Source: Candidatus Daviesbacteria bacterium
GTDB taxonomy: Bacteria; Patescibacteriota; Microgenomatia; Daviesbacterales; UBA10151
DNA length: 61,390 bases
NCBI GenBank assembly: GCA_016176335.1
Contig: JACOXI010000005.1
Span: forward strand, 1 to 61,390
Reading direction: 5' to 3'
Below the pieces are notes generated by a model. That model saw only the letters and a program-made list of their open reading frames with translations, had not been told where the DNA came from and did not search any database. The position numbers were made by a program, and so were the translations under genes. This document shows positions 56,684-61,390 of this stretch, piece by piece (within the stretch, counting starts at the first letter, position 1; each line of letters begins with the position of its first letter).

Positions 56684-58036
56684 TTATTTTGAGGCAATTA
56701 TACCACTGCTTGCAAATAAAAGCCGTTCATGAAGGACCTTGACAGCCTTCTCTACCTTGTCAGATTCTATCACCAGACTAATGTTTATATTGGTTGCTCC
56801 TAAAGAAACCATCCTGACTAATATTTGCTCCTTGTCCAAAATATCAAAAATTTTCTTGATAGTCTGACTTGAAGAGGTTACCCCTTCACCAATCAAGGAT
56901 ACCATTCCTAAATCTTTAATAATTGACACAGATGTAAATGAAGACAATTGTTTTACCGCATTCACCAGCCCTCCGTCATTATCTAAGGATACTGAAATAC
57001 TAACCTCAGACACGCTGACTAAATCAATTGAGAGATCGTTGCTTCCAAAGATTTTAAAAACCCGTGCCAAAAATCCTCTTTGTAACAGCATCTCTGTTGA
57101 GTAAATATTAACCAGAGTAATTTTTCTTTTAAAAGAGATGCTCCTTATTGCCTTCGATGTTTTAACCTCTTTTATAATTAAAGTTCCGTGACTTTTAGGA
57201 TTAAAAGTATTTAAAACCCTTACAGGAATACCTGCTTTAATGGCAGGATGAATAGTTCTGGGGTGTAAAACTCTTGCTCCAAAGGTCGCCATTTCTGCTG
57301 CTTCTTTAAAAGAAACTACAGGCAAAGACCGGGCTGTTGTAACCAACCTTGGATCTGCTGTAAACATCCCGTCCACATCTGTCCAAATTTGAATCTCCTT
57401 TACCCCTAAACAAAACCCAATAATAGAGGCAGTATAATCTGACCCACCTCGTCCCAGAGTTGTCACCTGACCGCTTGTTGTTGAACCGATAAAACCTGTC
57501 ACAACAGGGACTATCCCCCTCTTTATAATAGGAGTTAAAATGCTTTTAACATTTCTTTTAGTTGGTTCTAAAATAAAATCAGCTGAACCAAAGTTGTCAT
57601 TGGTCACAATTAAGTCTGTGGCTAAAACCTGAAAAGATTTTATGCCATTCTGATCTAAAGCATTGGCAACAATATAGGATGAAATAATTTCTCCAAAAGA
57701 ACATAATTTATCCAAAGTTTTTTTCTGGTTATTTAAGTTGAGTTTGAGAATTTCATTAACCTTTTCATCAACAAACTGCATCACTCTTTTTTGCTCTTTT
57801 GGATCTTTAAAAACTTTATTAATTAACTCTTTATGAGTATTTTTAAGTCTTCGAATTTCTGCCTGAAATTTATATTTGGGAAGTGAGGGCAAAGATAAAA
57901 GTAAATCTGTTATTCCACTAAGTGCCGAGACCACCACTACTAGGTCCAAATTCTTTTGATTTTTAACAATTTCACAGATTGTTAAAATGCTTTCTCTAGA
58001 ACTGACTGATGTCCCACCAAACTTTGCAACAATCAT
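56684..58036 (-). CDS. lysC: Aspartate kinase
   Basis: KFGGTSV, VVSALSG, TLGRGGSDYTA, WTDVDG, two ACT domains. Confidence 0.96.
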   Translation of the reverse strand: MIVAKFGGTSVSSRESILTICEIVKNQKNLDLVVVVSALSGITDLLLSLPSLPKYKFQAEIRRLKNTHKELINKVFKDPKEQKRVMQFVDEKVNEILKLNLNNQKKTLDKLCSFGEIISSYIVANALDQNGIKSFQVLATDLIVTNDNFGSADFILEPTKRNVKSILTPIIKRGIVPVVTGFIGSTTSGQVTTLGRGGSDYTASIIGFCLGVKEIQIWTDVDGMFTADPRLVTTARSLPVVSFKEAAEMATFGARVLHPRTIHPAIKAGIPVRVLNTFNPKSHGTLIIKEVKTSKAIRSISFKRKITLVNIYSTEMLLQRGFLARVFKIFGSNDLSIDLVSVSEVSISVSLDNDGGLVNAVKQLSSFTSVSIIKDLGMVSLIGEGVTSSSQTIKKIFDILDKEQILVRMVSLGATNINISLVIESDKVEKAVKVLHERLLFASSGIIASK

Positions 58037-58069
58037 TATGGGGTATATTATCGTAGTTTCCTGATATAA

Positions 58070-58723
58070 TCAAATCAGATAAGAAGATAAACTTTTAACA
58101 ATTTCCTGATGGATCTGCTCTTTAGGTCTCATTTTGCCATTTTCCATACAATCTATTACCACCCAATTTTCTTCTGCTTGGGATAATTCAAAATAGATTT
58201 TTGCTGCTTTTTGTTCATGTTCTATGTTACTCTCATGCAAATCCACCCTATGGTCTTTTTGGACATTTTGTTGCCCAATTTTTGGATCAACATCTAAAAG
58301 AATTGTGAAATCTTCTTTTGGTATGTTATTTGTTTTGTATTCCAAATCATCAAGCCATTTAAAAAATTCTTCTCTTTTTTCCTCCGGCAAATTTGCTCCC
58401 AGATGAGCTTTGCTTGAGGAAACATACCTGTTGATAATGACTACTTTTCCCCCTCTCAACCACTCTTCGATCAAAGGCTTTGCCAGAGCTCTATCACCGG
58501 CATAGGCCAAAGCCACCAGGTATGGATTCACCTGACTTATGGATCCAAATTCTCCTGCCAAATATCTTCTAATCAGTTTGCCATACAAATTGTGTTCATA
58601 ACGAGGAAAGCTGATTGTCTGATATGGAAAATCTCTCTCACTAAAGTATTTTATCAGAAGTTCAATCTGGGTAGTTTTCCCAGAACCATCTATACCATCA
58701 ATAACAATTAATTTACCGCTCAT
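58070..58723 (-). CDS. tmk: Thymidylate kinase
   Basis: IDGIDGSGKTTQ, YAGDR, NRYVSS. Confidence 0.92.
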   Translation of the reverse strand: MSGKLIVIDGIDGSGKTTQIELLIKYFSERDFPYQTISFPRYEHNLYGKLIRRYLAGEFGSISQVNPYLVALAYAGDRALAKPLIEEWLRGGKVVIINRYVSSSKAHLGANLPEEKREEFFKWLDDLEYKTNNIPKEDFTILLDVDPKIGQQNVQKDHRVDLHESNIEHEQKAAKIYFELSQAEENWVVIDCMENGKMRPKEQIHQEIVKSLSSYLI

Positions 58724-60333
58724 AATTTAATTTGGCTTGCAGCTTTGACAAAGCCCACAAATAATGGATGTGGAGACAGCGGTCTTGATTTTAATTCCGG
58801 ATGGAATTGAGTTCCTACAAAAAACGGATGGTCTTTTAACTCGATTATTTCCACCAATTTCCCGTCCGGAGAAGTCCCGGAAATAATTAACCCTTTTTTC
58901 ATAAAAGCAGCCAAAAAATCATTATTAAATTCAAATCTGTGCCTGTGGCGTTCAGAGATTTCGGATTTACCATAAAGCTTTCTAACCATAGAATTCTCTT
59001 TTAGAGAACAATCCCATGCTCCCAGTCTCATGGTTGCCCCATACTCCCTGTTTAACATCTTTTTTTGCTGATCCGGCATGATGTGAATAACCGGATATTT
59101 AGTTTCTGGATCTATTTCTGTGGTATGTGCTCCTTCCAGTTCCAAAATATCTCTTGCAAACTCTACAACAGCCAACTGCATGCCATAACACAGGCCAAAA
59201 TAGGGAATTTTATTCTCTCTGGCATATTTTATGGCAACAATCTTTCCTTCAATATCCCTTGATCCGAAACCTCCAGGCACAATAATTCCCTGGAATTTCT
59301 TTAAAATTTCAATATTATCCAAGACTTTTCCACTGTCAAGCCAAGTGATTTCCGGCTTTAACCCATTGGTCCAGCCAGCATGTTTTATGGCTTCAATGAC
59401 AGATATGTAAGAATCTGCCAGAGTAAAATCACCTGTTGTAAAATACTTTCCCACTATGGCAATCTTGACACTGCGCTTTGCGGAGGAAATTTTATCGACA
59501 AACTCCTGCCAGTCTTTTAGATCCTTTCCCTTCCTTTTGAATCCTAATTTATTAAGCAGCCTATCTGTTAGATGTTGTTTGTCAAAACCGATTGGGACTT
59601 TGTAAATACTGTCCAAATCCGGTGCCGATATAATATCTTCCGGCTCCAAACCTGTGGTGATGGAAAGTTTTTTAATTCTTTGCTGATCCAGTGGTTTCTC
59701 GCTTCTTGCCAACAGAATATCCGGTTGAATACCAACAGCATTTAAGTCTCTGACAGACATTTGGGCAGGCTTGCTCTTCATCTCACCAATGGAGGCAGGA
59801 ATAGGCAGGTAGGTAATATGGGCATGGATAACATCCTGGGGATTTTTTAATTTCAACAGTCTGTTCGCTTCTAAAAACAGGATGTTTTGATATTCTCCTG
59901 TAGTTCCGCCAATTTCTATGACCACCGCATCCGCATTATTGGCTCTGCCTGCTTCTTTAATCCTCTTGATGATCTCTTCTGTGATATATGTCACCACATC
60001 TACACACTCACCGTCATACTCCAAATTTCTTTCTCTTTGAATGACTGATAAATAAATGGATCCTTGAGTTGCATAGTTTGTTTTATTTAAAGACTCATTT
60101 AAAAATCTCTCATAATGGCCTAAATCCTGATCTGTTTCTGTTCCATCATCCAAAACAAACACTTCTCCATGTTCTATTGGATTCATGGTTCCGGCATCAA
60201 CATTTAAGTATGGATCCATTTTTATGGGGGCAACTCTAAACCCCGCAGATTTCAAAAGCAGGGCAATGGAGGAGGTAGCAATACCTTTACCCAAACCACT
60301 AATCACACCACCACTGACAAATATGTATTTCAT
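58720..60333 (-). CDS. pyrG: CTP synthase
   Basis: GGVISGLGKG, DPYLNVDAGTM, GLCYGMQ, HRHRFE, QFHPE. Confidence 0.98.
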   Translation of the reverse strand: MKYIFVSGGVISGLGKGIATSSIALLLKSAGFRVAPIKMDPYLNVDAGTMNPIEHGEVFVLDDGTETDQDLGHYERFLNESLNKTNYATQGSIYLSVIQRERNLEYDGECVDVVTYITEEIIKRIKEAGRANNADAVVIEIGGTTGEYQNILFLEANRLLKLKNPQDVIHAHITYLPIPASIGEMKSKPAQMSVRDLNAVGIQPDILLARSEKPLDQQRIKKLSITTGLEPEDIISAPDLDSIYKVPIGFDKQHLTDRLLNKLGFKRKGKDLKDWQEFVDKISSAKRSVKIAIVGKYFTTGDFTLADSYISVIEAIKHAGWTNGLKPEITWLDSGKVLDNIEILKKFQGIIVPGGFGSRDIEGKIVAIKYARENKIPYFGLCYGMQLAVVEFARDILELEGAHTTEIDPETKYPVIHIMPDQQKKMLNREYGATMRLGAWDCSLKENSMVRKLYGKSEISERHRHRFEFNNDFLAAFMKKGLIISGTSPDGKLVEIIELKDHPFFVGTQFHPELKSRPLSPHPLFVGFVKAASQIKL

Positions 60334-60348
60334 ACTTTGGGGGTTCCG

Positions 60349-60368
60349 TCCTGAGCGAAGTCGAAGGA
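60349..60368. repeat. REP-like palindrome in the pyrG leader
   Basis: TCCTGAGCGAAGTCGAAGGA; same family as the R1/R2 core. Confidence 0.85.
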
Positions 60369-60384
60369 TTTTGAGGCCCTCAAT

Positions 60385-60413
60385 ATAATACTAAATCTTC
60401 CGAGTTATGTCAA
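60385..60413 (-). promoter_or_regulatory. pyrG promoter
   Basis: TTGACA-17-TATTAT. Confidence 0.75.
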
Positions 60414-60425
60414 TTCGGCGATTTC

Positions 60426-60737
60426 CTATGTGGAAACGACAATATATTCTCGCCTGATTCTTTCCATTACATCCACTCGTACCCCTTCTAATGCCCTCCT
60501 TGATCCTGGAGTTCGACCAACAGTGAAACCACATCTCCTGGCAGATGCACCCAACTCTTCCAGCTCCATGTCCACATAAGCTTTTGCTTCCCAGTCCCCA
60601 ATCACAGGCCTTGGTGCCTGCGAGCGTCTTCTGAATGGACCATGTCGATCGAGGAAAGGATTACCTGTCATATACCCTCTACCACCTCTCATAACGTGAC
60701 GGAAAGTTGCTGCGTCAACCGACTCGGGGCTCATCAT
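60426..60737 (-). CDS. Hypothetical protein
   Basis: 103-aa ORF filling the intergenic space; no recognised motif. Confidence 0.5.
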   Translation of the reverse strand: MMSPESVDAATFRHVMRGGRGYMTGNPFLDRHGPFRRRSQAPRPVIGDWEAKAYVDMELEELGASARRCGFTVGRTPGSRRALEGVRVDVMERIRREYIVVST

Positions 60738-60854
60738 AGGCTTTAATCTTTGGTAAAAGTGTAATCCTTTGCCTTGGAAAAATCAAGTATCAAACAGAGT
60801 CGCACTTTATTTGCCTTTAAATAGGCTTCTTCTGCATTGATCATATTTTAGAAT

Positions 60855-61094
60855 CTAGCGGATTTTGTGAGGAACGGCAACTGATTGAATTGACTCATCG
60901 GTTTTTCTTACACCTAATTTAGAACCCACAACTTTAGAAGCATTAAAAATCTCAATTCCAATTGGTTTGTCATTTTTGTCATACTCAACTGTGATATTCT
61001 CTGAGAGATCTTCAAATCTTTCTTCAACGCCTGGTCTTAAAAAAATATATATTGCATCTGTTTTTTTATCGTAGTGAATCTTAGGTTTTTTCAT
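60855..61094 (-). CDS. DUF2283 domain protein
   Basis: YDKKTDAIYI, YDKNDKPIGIEIFNAS; GAAGGTGG precedes ATG 61094. Confidence 0.88.
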   Translation of the reverse strand: MKKPKIHYDKKTDAIYIFLRPGVEERFEDLSENITVEYDKNDKPIGIEIFNASKVVGSKLGVRKTDESIQSVAVPHKIR

Positions 61095-61368
61095 AACTCC
61101 ACCTTCCTGAAATAAGTCTATTTTTAATCTCCCCATCTGTTATTGGATGGGTAGAAACTATCTCAGTTCTATCTCCTATTTTATCATAAGCTGCTAGCAT
61201 TTTCCTCAATTTACCTTTATATGTCACTCTAGAAACTACAATGTGACGATTTCTTAAATTATCCCAGTAAAATTCTTCTGACTTTTCAAAAATCTTTTCA
61301 ACTATCTTCTCACTAATATCTCTTAATTTTAATCTTTCCTTTAGATGATCAGTAAGAATGAGTTTCAT
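61081..61368 (-). CDS. DUF4258-like protein
   Basis: LTDHLKERLKLRDI and EIVSTHP; overlaps the DUF2283 gene. Confidence 0.7.
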   Translation of the reverse strand: MKLILTDHLKERLKLRDISEKIVEKIFEKSEEFYWDNLRNRHIVVSRVTYKGKLRKMLAAYDKIGDRTEIVSTHPITDGEIKNRLISGRWSYEKT

Positions 61369-61390
61369 TGAGTAGTTGAAGATACTGCTT

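Overview
Chromosomal window from an AT-rich bacterium. Patescibacteria (CPR, Microgenomates-like) is inferred from the short EF-Ts and the trigger factor lacking its PPIase domain. 1-9 kb is an accessory region: Cys-rich secreted proteins, TspO, VapBC and HigBA toxin-antitoxin pairs, an AT-rich three-gene module, a NYN gene between 55-bp direct repeats, and a DEAD-box helicase. A frameshifted sigma-70 follows. Next come a nearly complete de novo purine cluster (purM, prs, purC, purE, purB, purH, two archaeal-type purP, purA, guaA, purQ, purL, purN-purD fusion) and a cysS-cmk fusion. Housekeeping and translation genes, thymidylate genes, a DapL-type lysine operon without dapF, tmk and pyrG complete the window. 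No rRNA, tRNA, CRISPR array, transposase or integrase was seen. The most unusual signals are non-coding or sub-genic. (1) REP-like palindromes, one nested inside another, sit in frame inside housekeeping genes. (2) Period-7 tandem repeats, often as inverted pairs, lie at operon junctions and inside guaA, dnaX and thyA. (3) Two copies of a ~145-nt structured element show compensatory changes. (4) A T-box antiterminator with an atypical stem I precedes csaA-proS. (5) A strong Shine-Dalgarno is separated from rpsU by a repeat hairpin. All calls come from reading the sequence and motifs; no searches or folding programs were run.
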